A stretch of 63,383 nt of DNA, counting the filler. It is 10 parts of 10 records of this genome, joined end to end, with 100 filler letters (N's around TTAATTAATTAA, not from the genome) between each part and the next. Parts side by side here need not be neighbours in the genome. Positions count along the whole stretch, not along the records: positions 1 to 7,171 come from SRR31147125_242756; positions 7,272 to 12,527 come from SRR31147125_243429; 8 more parts are not named here. The stretch is one strand, 5' to 3'. Each line of letters starts with the position of its first letter. The stretch's first letter is position 1. The notes under the pieces were generated by a model. That model had not been told where the DNA came from, searched no databases, and worked only from the letters and a program-made list of their open reading frames with translations. A program made the position numbers and the translations under genes. Of this stretch, positions 1-10,200 are shown piece after piece.

Positions 1-114
1 GACGCGCATCACTGGCTGATATGGCACGGCAGAAAGATATGTGCGGCAAGGAAACCGCAGTGCGGCATCTGCTTTTTAGCGGACGTGTGCAGATGGGGAA
101 AAGTGCAGGAATAG
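1..114 (+). CDS. nth: endonuclease III, C-terminal fragment (5' truncated)
   Basis: Frame 1 reads DAHHWLIWHGRKICAARKPQCGICFLADVC...*, the HHxLIxHGR + C-x6-C-x2-C-x5-C Fe-S motif. Not in the ORF track. Confidence 0.9.
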   Translation, partial: DAHHWLIWHGRKICAARKPQCGICFLADVCRWGKVQE

Positions 115-125
115 AAGGGAAATTC

Positions 126-1394
126 ATGTTTGTAGATAAAGCGAAAATATACATAAAAGCCGGCGACGGCGGCAACGGCGCGGTGTCGTTTAGGCGCGAG
201 AAGTACGTCAGCGCAGGCGGTCCGGATGGCGGTGACGGCGGCAATGGCGGCAACGTCGTGTTTGCTGTCGACCCTGGTATGCGGACGCTGATGGATTTTA
301 AGTATCAGCGCAAATATGCCGCACAGAATGGCGATGGCGGCAAGAAGAAAAACATGCGCGGTAAAAACGGTGAGGATCTTGTGATAAAGGTGCCGCCGGG
401 CACGGTGATCAAAGACTTTGACTCGGGTCGTGTTGCGGCGGATATGCGCGATGAGCAGCGTACGCTCTTGGTTGGAGGCAGCGGCGGCAAAGGCAATTCG
501 CGGTTTGCGAATTCTACGCGGCAAAAGCCAAGGTTTGCGACACCCGGCAGAAGATGCAAAGGGCGGTTTGTTGTGCTGGAGCTCAAGTCGATCGCGGACG
601 TTGGGCTGATCGGGTTTCCGAGCGTCGGCAAGTCGACGATACTCGCGTCTTGCACCAGCGCGCGGCCAAAGATCGCGGAGTACCATTTTACCACGCTTAA
701 GCCAAACCTTGGTGTGGTGCGTGTGCGCGAATCTAGCTTTGTGATGGCCGACATCCCCGGGCTTATCGAGGGCGCACACAGCGGCGCAGGGCTTGGCCAT
801 GACTTTTTGCGGCATGTTGAGCGCACGCGGATGCTGATCCACGTTGTTGACGCGTCGTGCATGGAAGGTCGGGATATCATAGAGGACTATGAGGCGATTC
901 GACAGGAACTTTCTAGCTATTCGCAGGAGCTGACGACACGGCCGGAGATCGTTGCGGCTAACAAGATGGATATGGAAGGCGCGGACGAGAATGCGGCAAA
1001 GCTGAGAGAGTATCTTGCGCCGCGTGGCATAGAGGTGTTTGAGATATGCGCGGCGATCGGCGATGGTACGCAGGAGCTGATGGCGCATGCGGCAAAGATG
1101 CTGGCAGAGCTGCCGATACCCGAGCCGATATTGGAAGACGGCATCATAGAGGAATGGTCGCTTGAAAAGGATGACCAGGGCTTTGAGATATACAGGCAGG
1201 ACGGCGCATATTTTGTGGACGGTAACCTTGTCCGCGAGATACTTGCCAAAACGAACCCGGACGATCCAGATTCAATGCGGCATTTTCAAAAGCTGCTTGT
1301 CGACTTTGGTGTCATTAAAGCGCTGCGAAAAGAAGGCATCAAAACGGGCGATACGGTCTGTCTTGAGGGTCTAGAATTTGATTTCGTCGACTAA
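126..1394 (+). CDS. obgE: Obg/CgtA GTPase
   Basis: MFVDKAKIYIKAGDGGNG start, G1 GFPSVGKST, FTTLKPNLG, DIPGLIEGA, NKMD and OCT C-terminal domain. True start is ATG 126, not 21. Confidence 0.97.
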   Translation: MFVDKAKIYIKAGDGGNGAVSFRREKYVSAGGPDGGDGGNGGNVVFAVDPGMRTLMDFKYQRKYAAQNGDGGKKKNMRGKNGEDLVIKVPPGTVIKDFDSGRVAADMRDEQRTLLVGGSGGKGNSRFANSTRQKPRFATPGRRCKGRFVVLELKSIADVGLIGFPSVGKSTILASCTSARPKIAEYHFTTLKPNLGVVRVRESSFVMADIPGLIEGAHSGAGLGHDFLRHVERTRMLIHVVDASCMEGRDIIEDYEAIRQELSSYSQELTTRPEIVAANKMDMEGADENAAKLREYLAPRGIEVFEICAAIGDGTQELMAHAAKMLAELPIPEPILEDGIIEEWSLEKDDQGFEIYRQDGAYFVDGNLVREILAKTNPDDPDSMRHFQKLLVDFGVIKALRKEGIKTGDTVCLEGLEFDFVD

Positions 1395-1421
1395 CGGCGA
1401 TCTATAGTGAAGGGAAATATT

Positions 1422-1709
1422 ATGTTAACAAGCAAACAAAGAGCAAGTTTAAGGGCGATGGCGCATGAGCTATCGCCGATCATCCATGTCGGCAAAGCGG
1501 GCGTAACCGACAATATCATCACGCAGGCGGACGAAGCGCTGACGCCGAACGAGCTCATCAAAGGCACGGTGCAGCAGAACTCGCCGATAAGCGCAAAGGA
1601 CGCGCTTGCTGAGATTGCGGAGCGGACTGGCGCAGAAGCTGTGGCGGTGGCGGGGCGCAAATTTGTGATGTATCGCCCAAGACCGGAAGACCCGGGTATC
1701 AAGCTGTAG
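1422..1709 (+). CDS. yhbY: YhbY/CRM-domain RNA-binding protein
   Basis: MLTSKQRASLRAMAHELSPIIHVGKAGVT...ELIK; usual position after obg. Confidence 0.93.
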   Translation: MLTSKQRASLRAMAHELSPIIHVGKAGVTDNIITQADEALTPNELIKGTVQQNSPISAKDALAEIAERTGAEAVAVAGRKFVMYRPRPEDPGIKL

Positions 1710-1718
1710 CGTATTCGC

Positions 1719-1747
1719 TTGATAAAAAAACATGAGTATGATATAAT
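1719..1747 (+). promoter_or_regulatory. sigma-A promoter
   Basis: TTGATA-17 nt-TATAAT with extended -10 TG, upstream of the oxidoreductase operon. Confidence 0.8.
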
Positions 1748-1776
1748 CAATTTATAGTTTATGGCAGGAGAATTGA

Positions 1777-1809
1777 GCCGTACCAAATTTTTTTTTGGTG
1801 CGGTTTTTT
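1777..1809 (+). terminator. intrinsic terminator/attenuator in the 5' leader
   Basis: GCCGTACCAAA / TTTGGTGCGGT stem followed by a T-run, between the promoter and ATG 1841. Confidence 0.75.
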
Positions 1810-1840
1810 GATTGCAGTTTTATAAAGAAAAGGGGTTTAT

Positions 1841-3283
1841 ATGATTTATGATGTAGCGGTGATCGGCGCGGGCGTAACGGGAAGCATGATTGCGCGGGCG
1901 CTGTCGATGTACGCCATACGCGTGTGCGTTATAGAAGCGGCGTCCGATGTGGCGGCAGGTGCGAGCCGTGCAAACAGCGGTATCGTGCACGCGGGATATG
2001 ACGCGAAGCCGGGCAGCCTGAAAGCGAAATTTAACGTGCTTGGCAACGCGATGATGCCTGGCGTTGCGGCAGACCTTGATGTGCCGTATCAAAACTGCGG
2101 ATCGCTCGTTGTCGGGTTCGACGATGAGGACGATGCGTCGCTGCGCGTGTTGATGGATCATGGCAAGCAAAACGGCGTGTCGGTGGAGCTGTTGGATAGA
2201 GAGCAGATACTTAAGATGGAGCCGATGTTCTCGGGCGAGGTTCAGTCTGCGCTGTATGCGCCAACGGCTGGCATTATATGCCCGTTTTCGCTGACGATTG
2301 CGGCGATGGAGAACGCTGTGGGCAACGGCGCCAAGCTTTTCCTTGACAGCCGCGTGACAGCGATAGCCAAGAAAGGCGATATCTTTTCGATTACGGCGGG
2401 AGAGCGGCGCATCGAGGCGCGGTATGTCGTGGGTGCGGCGGGTATGTATGCGGATGAGATATCGCGAATGGCAGGCGGCGAGGAATTTAGCATACGGCCG
2501 CGGAAAGGTCAGTATGTCATCTTTGACACGGCGATGCCGGTAAAGGTGAACAATGTGATATTCGGTGCACCGACTCCGAAAGGCAAGGGCGTGCTGTTTG
2601 CGCCCACCGTATATGGCAACATGCTGGCAGGGCCGACGGCCGAGGACATTGAAGACAAAGCGGACAAAACGACGACGAGCAGTGGGCTTGGGCTTGTGAT
2701 CGACGGCGCGCGGCGGTATGTGCCCAGCCTTGAGGCGCGGTATGCGATCACGACGTTTGCAGGGCTGAGGTCTGTGCCGAGTACGGGTGATTTTATCATT
2801 GAGGCGTCGAAGCTCGCGCCGGGTTTCGTCAACGCTGCGGGCATAGAATCGCCGGGGCTGACGTCGGCGCCTGCGATTGCGGAATATGTCGTAGAGTTGC
2901 TCCAGTCGATCGGGCTTGAGGGCGAAGAAAACCCCAAAGCGGTGCGTACGCGCAAGGCGATAGAGGTGTTTAGCAGCGCCACGGACGCACGCAAGAAAGA
3001 GCTGATAGCTCAGGATAAGCGGTACGCCAACGTTGTGTGCCGATGCGAGTATGTCACGGAGGCGGAAATCGTGCAGAGCATACATCGTCCATGCGGCGCG
3101 AGATCGGTGGACGGCGTCAAGTTTCGCGCAGGTGCGGGAACGGGACGCTGTCACGGCGGATTCTGTATGCCGCGCGTGATGGACATATTGGCGCGCGAGA
3201 CGGGATGCGATTATGACAACGTTACAAAAAGCGGCGACGGTTCGTATATACTGTCCGGCAAGACGAAGGAGGTGCGCTCATGA
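1841..3283 (+). CDS. FAD-dependent glycerol-3-phosphate dehydrogenase-like oxidoreductase with C-terminal BFD-like [2Fe-2S] domain
   Basis: GAGVTG Rossmann motif, ASRANSGIVHAG, GIESPGLTSAPAIA, CRCE...GRCHGGFC. Confidence 0.88.
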   Translation: MIYDVAVIGAGVTGSMIARALSMYAIRVCVIEAASDVAAGASRANSGIVHAGYDAKPGSLKAKFNVLGNAMMPGVAADLDVPYQNCGSLVVGFDDEDDASLRVLMDHGKQNGVSVELLDREQILKMEPMFSGEVQSALYAPTAGIICPFSLTIAAMENAVGNGAKLFLDSRVTAIAKKGDIFSITAGERRIEARYVVGAAGMYADEISRMAGGEEFSIRPRKGQYVIFDTAMPVKVNNVIFGAPTPKGKGVLFAPTVYGNMLAGPTAEDIEDKADKTTTSSGLGLVIDGARRYVPSLEARYAITTFAGLRSVPSTGDFIIEASKLAPGFVNAAGIESPGLTSAPAIAEYVVELLQSIGLEGEENPKAVRTRKAIEVFSSATDARKKELIAQDKRYANVVCRCEYVTEAEIVQSIHRPCGARSVDGVKFRAGAGTGRCHGGFCMPRVMDILARETGCDYDNVTKSGDGSYILSGKTKEVRS

Positions 3284-4506
3284 AGGCGAATGTTGCGGTA
3301 ATCGGGGCAGGGCCTGCGGGTCTTGCGGCGGCCATAGCGGCAAAACAAAACGGCGCGGAAAACGTGGTCGTGATAGACAGGGATACGCTGACGGGCGGCA
3401 TATTGCGTCAGTGCATTCACAACGGCTTTGGGCTGCACATCTTCGGCGAAGAGCTGACCGGACCCGAGTACGCGGCGCGGTTTGCGAAGGAAGCATCGAC
3501 GGCCGGCATTACGCTGATGCTGGAGACGATGGTGCTTAGCATATCGGAGGACAGAAAGATTACCGCCGTTGGCAAGGATGTCGGTATCGTGACGCTGGAA
3601 GCGGGCGCAATCGTGCTGGCGATGGGGTGCAGAGAGAGAAGCCGCGGTGCGCTGATGATACCGGGTCAGCGTCCATCCGGCGTGCTGACGGCGGGAACGG
3701 CACAGCGGTTTGTAAACATCGAAGGATATATGCCGGGCAGGGAGGTAGTGATACTCGGGTCGGGTGATATCGGGCTCATCATGGCGCGGCGTATGACGCT
3801 GGAGGGTGCGCACGTCAAGATGGTGCTGGAGCTGATGCCGTATTCGGGAGGCCTGACGCGCAACATCGTGCAGTGCCTCCGAGACTTCGATATACCGCTG
3901 AAGCTGTCGCACACGGTGACGGCGATACACGGCGACGGGCGGCTTGCTGGCGTAACGGTGGCGCAGGTGGACGAGAGCCGAAGGCCGATTGAAGGCACAG
4001 GGCAGTATGTGGCGTGCGATACGCTGCTGCTGTCTGTCGGGCTGATACCCGAGAACGAGCTGTCGCGCGGCATGGGTGTGCTCATCGACTCGGCGACGGG
4101 CGGGCCGTCTGTGGACAGCAACATGCAGACGAGCGTGCCCGGTGTGTTCGCGTGCGGCAACGCGTTGCAGGTGCACGACCTTGTCGACTTCGTGACAGAG
4201 GAAGCGCGACGCGCAGGGGCTGCGGCGGCGCAGTATGAGCCGCGCACTAAAACGGCGGTGGCGGCATCGGCTGGGGATGGTGTGCGCTATGTGATTCCGC
4301 AAAGGTTGGTGCACGACGGCAGCGACAAGGCGCTGTTTTTCAGGGTGACGGATGTGCATCGAAACTGCGTGACCAAGGCGGTGTGCAATGGCCGCGTTAT
4401 CGCCAAAAAGAAGCGCGTGCGGTGCGCGCCGGGCGAGATGGAAACGCTGACGGTGAAGGATAGCGACATCACGGGCGATGTGACCGTGTCGATAGGGGAG
4501 GCATGA
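3280..4506 (+). CDS. FAD/NAD(P)-dependent pyridine nucleotide-disulfide oxidoreductase
   Basis: GAGPAGLAAA, GGILRQCIHNGFG, ILGSGDIGLIMARR, FACGN; ATGA overlap with the upstream gene. Confidence 0.9.
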   Translation: MKANVAVIGAGPAGLAAAIAAKQNGAENVVVIDRDTLTGGILRQCIHNGFGLHIFGEELTGPEYAARFAKEASTAGITLMLETMVLSISEDRKITAVGKDVGIVTLEAGAIVLAMGCRERSRGALMIPGQRPSGVLTAGTAQRFVNIEGYMPGREVVILGSGDIGLIMARRMTLEGAHVKMVLELMPYSGGLTRNIVQCLRDFDIPLKLSHTVTAIHGDGRLAGVTVAQVDESRRPIEGTGQYVACDTLLLSVGLIPENELSRGMGVLIDSATGGPSVDSNMQTSVPGVFACGNALQVHDLVDFVTEEARRAGAAAAQYEPRTKTAVAASAGDGVRYVIPQRLVHDGSDKALFFRVTDVHRNCVTKAVCNGRVIAKKKRVRCAPGEMETLTVKDSDITGDVTVSIGEA

Positions 4507-4868
4507 TGATGGAGCAGACGAAGATGACGTGCGTTGTGTGCCCACTTGGATGCGAGATCACGGTAAGCACGGATGATGGAAAGATAACGGACATTGCGGG
4601 CAACGCATGCAAGCGTGGCGAAAAGTATGCGCGCACAGAGATGACAGACCCGCGTCGTACGCTGACTACGACGTTGCGCATATCGGGCGGCACGCGACCG
4701 CTGGTATCCGTCAAGTCGAGCGCGCCCATACAAAAGTACCGGCTGATGGACTGTATGCGCGCGATGGATACCGCCGTGGCAGCTGCGCCCGTCAAAATCG
4801 GTGATGTGCTGATTTGTGATATCTTGGGCACAGGCGTGGACATTTTAGCGACAGACGATGTGGTATAA
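4503..4868 (+). CDS. DUF1667 CxxC metal-binding protein
   Basis: TCVVCPLGC...GNACKRGEKYA...PRRTLTTT; third gene of the conserved trio. Confidence 0.88.
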   Translation: MMMEQTKMTCVVCPLGCEITVSTDDGKITDIAGNACKRGEKYARTEMTDPRRTLTTTLRISGGTRPLVSVKSSAPIQKYRLMDCMRAMDTAVAAAPVKIGDVLICDILGTGVDILATDDVV

Positions 4869-4876
4869 TATGAGCA

Positions 4877-5757
4877 ATGGAAGATATCGTCAAGACGATG
4901 GTGTGCAAAACTGCGCTGCATCGTCACAACTCAAAATGGTTGCCGTATAAGTATGACATCAATGTGTACCGCGGTTGTGCGCATCGGTGCATCTATTGTT
5001 ATGCGCTGTATTCGCACGCGTATATCGGCGGCGGCAACTTTCATCGTGAGATCTACGCAAAAACGAACATCGCGGCGGTGATGAGTGGTGAGCTTCGACG
5101 GTTTTCGGGTGAGACGGTCAACCTTGGCGGTGTAACAGACAGCTATCAGCCCGCAGAGCGCGAATATAAGCTGATGCGGCAGGTGCTGGAACTGTTGGCG
5201 GCGCATCGCGTGCCGGTGACGGTGTGCACGAAGTCGCCGCTGATACTTCGAGACATCGATCTGCTGAAGAAGGTAGGTAGCGCCAGCGCGGTCAAGACGG
5301 CGCTGACAATCACGACGCTTGATGATACCGTGGCAAAGCTGATAGAACCAAACGCACCGTTGCCGGGCGCACGCATGGACGCGGTGCGCACTTTGAGAGA
5401 AGAGGGCATATCGTGCGGTGTGCATCTGATGCCTATCATACCGTTTTTGACGAGCGATGAGCGCGACATTGAAGCGGTGTTTTGCGCGGCGAAAGAGGCG
5501 AATGCAAGCTACATTTTGACGGGTGCGCTGAACTTGAAAGGCGAGACGCGTCCGGTGTTTATGGGCAGCGTGCGGCAAAGCTTTCCGTCCGAATACGGCC
5601 GCATCAAGGCACTGTATAGCGACAAAGAGGCGTATCGCGATTATAAAGAGAAACTGTATGCGGTGCTTGAAAAGCTGAGAAAAAATACGGACTGCCGCAC
5701 TATGAAAGAATACCCGCACGGCCAAAGCCTGTGCAGTTGTCGTTTTGGCAGGATTAA
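4877..5757 (+). CDS. SPL-family (spore photoproduct lyase-like) radical SAM protein; apparent 1-nt frameshift near 5685
   Basis: NVYRGCAHRCIYCYA CxxxCxxC, GGVTDSYQPAE, TKSPLILRD, IEPNAP. Adding one A to A6 (5680-5685) gives ...KKYGLPHYERIPARPKPVQLSFWQD*. Confidence 0.85.
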
Positions 5758-6002
5758 GCGACGCGATTTGGATTGCGCACGACGACGCGGCGACGTGTTT
5801 GAATTATGGCGGCTTTTTTATGGATGGCTATGCGTGGCACAGTTTGGCACGGGCGGGTGCTAGGCTTTTGGCGCTGCGATGCATCGTTTCGGCGATCTCC
5901 ATTCCTTTTTTCCAATATGAACAGCGCAGCAGTGAATAATATAAACAATACGATTGCACCTATCATCAACACGCTCGAAACGGCGATTCTATCCCACATC
6001 AT
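5754..6002 (-). CDS. small single-pass membrane protein with basic tail, unknown function
   Basis: GGAGGT SD before ATG; hydrophobic IAVSSVLMIGAIVLFILFTAALFIL; its stop shares TTAA with the corrected radical SAM stop. Confidence 0.65.
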   Translation of the reverse strand: MMWDRIAVSSVLMIGAIVLFILFTAALFILEKRNGDRRNDASQRQKPSTRPCQTVPRIAIHKKAAIIQTRRRVVVRNPNRVA

Positions 6003-6125
6003 ATTTACCTCCAAACCTTTATGATAACAGTATAGACGAGAACCTGTCCGTTTTTTAGGACAGACAAAACAGGCATCAGTGCACTCAAACGGTCATATAA
6101 TTATCGTATCAACGGACAGGGAGCG

Positions 6126-7070
6126 GTGAATATGAAAGAGATGATCGTAGTGCCGAGCGTGCCGTATTCGCATGCGCAGATGATGCGCGATATAGTCACA
6201 CTGAGAGCGCGGTATTCGGGACTGATCGGGGTGCAGACTGCGGGGTATTCTGTAGAAGGGCGTGCGTTGCCTGTGCTAAGCGTTGGGCGTGGGCGAACCA
6301 AAGTGTTTTTCTGCGGCGCACATCATGCACGCGAATACATCTCAGCGGCGTATTTGATGAGTACTGCGGAGGTGTTTGCTGCCCATGCACAGCAAGGCAG
6401 GCGTTTTGGCGCGTATGATATGAAAGAGCTGTTGGGCGCGTGTACGATGTATATCATGCCAATGATTAACCCGGATGGCGTGGCGCTATGCCAGGGCGGG
6501 CTTGTTGCGGCGCGTGAATCGGAGAAGGTGCTGGCAATGCATATGTTGCAGCCGACGTATGCGGAGTGGAAAGCTAACATAAACGGTGTCGATCTTAATC
6601 GTCATTATCCGGCGCAGTGGGACAAAAAGCATGTTGTCATCGACAAACCTGCGTCTGAGCTGTATAACGGATATGCGCCTGCAACAGAGCCAGAGGTTCG
6701 CGCTGTGATGCGCATTTGCCGAAACAACGGCTTTAAAGCGGCGCTGTCGTTTCACACCAAAGGCGAGGTCATATTCTATGCCGATGCGGCGACGGATGAC
6801 AAGATACCGCGTGCGCGGGCGTTTGCGGAGAGGCTATCGGATGTGTCGGGATATGCGCTGATGCCGGTGTCGAGCGACCCGGGTGTGTATGCTGCGGGGT
6901 TCGAGAACTGGTTTCGGCAGGAGTTTCTGTATCCGGGAATCCTTGTTGAGCTGACGCCGTCTGTTGGTGGAACGGTGCCGCACGACGACGTGAATTTTCC
7001 TGCGCTGGTGTGGGAGCCTGCCAAATACATTTGTGCCGAGGCGCTTGTGCAGACGCTGCGCCAAACGTAA
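6126..7070 (+). CDS. M14 zinc carboxypeptidase (gamma-D-glutamyl-meso-DAP peptidase-like)
   Basis: HHAREY, NPDG, GVDLNRHY, EPE, SFHT, VEL motifs. Confidence 0.88.
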   Translation: MNMKEMIVVPSVPYSHAQMMRDIVTLRARYSGLIGVQTAGYSVEGRALPVLSVGRGRTKVFFCGAHHAREYISAAYLMSTAEVFAAHAQQGRRFGAYDMKELLGACTMYIMPMINPDGVALCQGGLVAARESEKVLAMHMLQPTYAEWKANINGVDLNRHYPAQWDKKHVVIDKPASELYNGYAPATEPEVRAVMRICRNNGFKAALSFHTKGEVIFYADAATDDKIPRARAFAERLSDVSGYALMPVSSDPGVYAAGFENWFRQEFLYPGILVELTPSVGGTVPHDDVNFPALVWEPAKYICAEALVQTLRQT

Positions 7071-7072
7071 AA

Positions 7073-7097
7073 AAGGCACCGGTATGCCGATGCCTTG
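7073..7097. terminator. hairpin after M14 peptidase
   Basis: AAGGCACCGG-TATG-CCGATGCCTT immediately after the stop, preceded by an A-run. Confidence 0.55.
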
Positions 7098-7171
7098 AAA
7101 GTCTCCTTTTAGAGGCTGTCTGCCTCGGACACTGCAAATGCCCCGAAACAAAAAGCCAGACAAAGAAGTTT

Positions 7172-7271
7172 NNNNNNNNNNNNNNNNNNNNNNNNNNNNN
7201 NNNNNNNNNNNNNNNTTAATTAATTAANNNNNNNNNNNNNNNNNNNNNNNNNNNNNNNNNNNNNNNNNNNN
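7172..7271. other. artificial contig linker (also at 12528-12627, 22608-22707, 29586-29685, 34697-34796, 40247-40346, 45412-45511, 51047-51146, 56940-57039)
   Basis: Identical N44-TTAATTAATTAA-N44 cassette with stops in all six frames; gene content and style change across each one. Confidence 0.98.
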
Positions 7272-10200
7272 GGGGGAGCCTGACCTTTCCGGTTTCCATG
7301 CACAGCTTCCTTTCCTCTTGTTTGGCATACTCGCCCAACCAACAATAGCTGTGTAGAACAATGTGAACTCCACGACCAACGGATGCACACGTCTGCCTTA
7401 CATGACATAGGAGGCATCCATGATGAACACTTTGTCATCTGTGAGATCGTCTTGACAGAAGGGATGAATTCGACGAAACTAGAGCACACCACACCGTCAA
7501 ATGGTGACTCCTCGCCCATGAATGTGTGCAGCGTACCAGCGTTTGACCTGCCGAGAAATCAAGACTGAATAGCTTTGGTGGTTGCCATCCACGTTTGAGG
7601 AAGACCGAGTTGTTATAGGGAAGACGCCCTCCCAGAACTTCCCAGAAGGCATTGGGCTCGGAACCTTCCGTCACCTCCTTCCGCACACGAGTACCCTAGA
7701 TAGTCGTCGCATTCGGTTTGACACGGCACTGAACGTTCCATAACATCGCATACCACAAGACGATCGGCAAGCTCGACAGCCACCTCCTGCTCCTCGGGTT
7801 TGCTTCCACTTCCACACCACACATACTGCACTCCGGGAGCCTGAAGGATGAAACAATCACGCGAGTTAAGGTGATCTGCTTCCTGTTATCAGCAATGACA
7901 ACACACAAAAGAGTGATCAGTGTCCGGAAGGCCTCGACACAAGGCGTACTGGTCGGATTTCAATCGCATGTCGAGCCGGGTAGTTCGACCCAGCGATATG
8001 ATACATGGACACAGCTTCCGGGTCATAACTTGCATGATCGCCCTGGTGCACAATCATTCGACCCTTGAATAGACTAAGGAAATGTTTGGATTCCTTGTTC
8101 TGGATTACACGCTCTTGCCGCGTTTCCACCTAGGTGAACAACGCGTAAGGGATACCGGGAAGAAAGTGGGGCAAAACAAACACGCTGCTGTGTGGAGTGC
8201 ATGTCCACTGTTACATAGGCTGATGTCCCCTTCTCGGTCTTTGGAACAAACGGAGCATGAGAACGTTACTACGGTGTCTCACACATGGCACACGGACCAC
8301 ACTCGAGTCCCGGCCCTGCCAGAAGTGGATCAACATAGCATCACGATTGCCCAGGCGATACTTGTATGGTAAGATATAACTCTCTCCACTGAAAAAGTGA
8401 CCAAGTCTGAGAAAGCAGGAGTATGTGAGCAGTCATGAAGAAAAGGCATGTGCACGGGCGCATCTCACTCCTCTACGGGTAGTTTCGTGGGATCTTTCTT
8501 AAAGGCATCAACCTTGTGCATCTGTACCGCCAGAAGCGTTCACAAAAGGAGATATGTGAGGCAGGACACGCACTTCGATGGCTCCATCGCCCTTATCAAC
8601 AAATTTCTCTTCCTTGGGAACCTCTTGCACCATTTTCTTGGCTAATTCAACGGGACTCGGGGCTTGGGAACCTGAAAAGAACATCAGCGTACCATGAAAG
8701 GATTCAGAAAGCAAAGGATTCTGTGAACCTACCTACAATGTTTCCCTTTTTCACTTCTAGGACCTGAATCGGGAGTGTGTCGGGCCAGTCCAGGAATTTC
8801 TCCTGAAAACGAAATGATTAAACGGTGAAACAAAGAGAGCCCACCGACTGACTTGAAAGAGAACAGTTGGTGTGTTCTCCACAACACGATAAATACGACA
8901 GTGCGCGGGACGCGACTCCGCAGTCCGTTCAAGCATATCCTAGTACAGGACGCCTTGCCCACTGAGCCAAGAGCATGCTCGTGCAACACCAACGCACCTT
9001 CGCCACCTTCATCGCGCCCTGTCGCAATTCGTACTTGGAGTTCTTTCCCACCCACACATACATTTCCGTGTCACTGTCCAGAATGTAGTTGTAGTCCGAC
9101 TGAAGCAACTCACGCGACAATCCCTTGCCCTGAACCATACAGCACATTCATCCCTTCCAACCAGCAAACACACCATTGGAACAAACCTGAGCAAGGGTCG
9201 TGACTTGAATATTACCCGGCGTGGGTTCTTCCAGCTTGTAGAGGGCTGTACTTTCCAGGAGTCCTTGTTCGACCACCTGAGCAAGCGACACCAATGAGGC
9301 ACATGTCACTGATCCTCTTGATGTTTGAGTGCTCACTTCATCGTCTCCAGCATCTGCCCCATCCGTAAGCTCTCCCTTTCCGCCCAAAGCCTCCCAAAAA
9401 TCTGCCTTATCGTCTGTTTTTTCATCTTCTAAATTGTGTGTAAGGGTCTGAGAAAATGCGTGTGTTCCCTCCCACCCACATACCCAACGTGATAACGGTG
9501 GCTCGCCCACTCCTCTCCTTGTTACGGATGCGAGAGGCTACATCCACGGCCTTCGCTTTCTCCATCCGATTCGCTGACATGCCATTCCATATGTAGAGCG
9601 TCTTACCCAGATCCAAGATGAAGGTATCGCCGTGATTGAGGGAAGAATAGTGGCATGCCACTTCAAAGGTCCGAACTTTGCGTCGTCCTTTGATTTGAAA
9701 AAGTCTGGGTTTTTCCTTTGTGGACCGAAGGTCGCCTGACGGTGCATCCCCTCCACCGGACTTCTTGAGACCTGCCTGAGCGCTCTGGAGCGAGGCCAAA
9801 CTAACAAGAAATGTTGATCCTGTATCAGGCTTCTTGTTGCGCGATCTGAGCGGGCAAATCCGTGTCAAGTCCATACCCGAGTTCATGCACACACACACAT
9901 ACCGCAGTTCATCATTGGATACCAGTTCAATTCCCGTCTTCTTCCCACCTCGAGTTGGCGCGCGTCGGCTCGTCGGACCAGCGACACGTGCACGAGTCAT
10001 ATGCTCAAGGGGAGCTGCAGGTCGATCCTTCTGTTGCGGGGGTGCTCGTGGTTTTCCCAGTGCAAGAAGACCTCCGAGTTGAGCCCGAACATTAGTTTTC
10101 CTGGGACTCCAGTCAGAAAACCCAAGAGAGAAGAGGAAACTACCATCCCTTCCCACCTCTCTTCCAGGGTGCCGCCCGTTGTCGTTTCATGAAAGACGGC

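Noticed and set aside
21-125. N-terminal extension of Obg
   Set aside because: The region is the nth C-terminus in another frame; Obg starts at 126.
9-5725. Long antisense ORFs (9-1088, 1820-3154, 3211-4545, 4931-5725)
   Set aside because: Shadow ORFs of GC-rich sense genes with no recognisable motifs.
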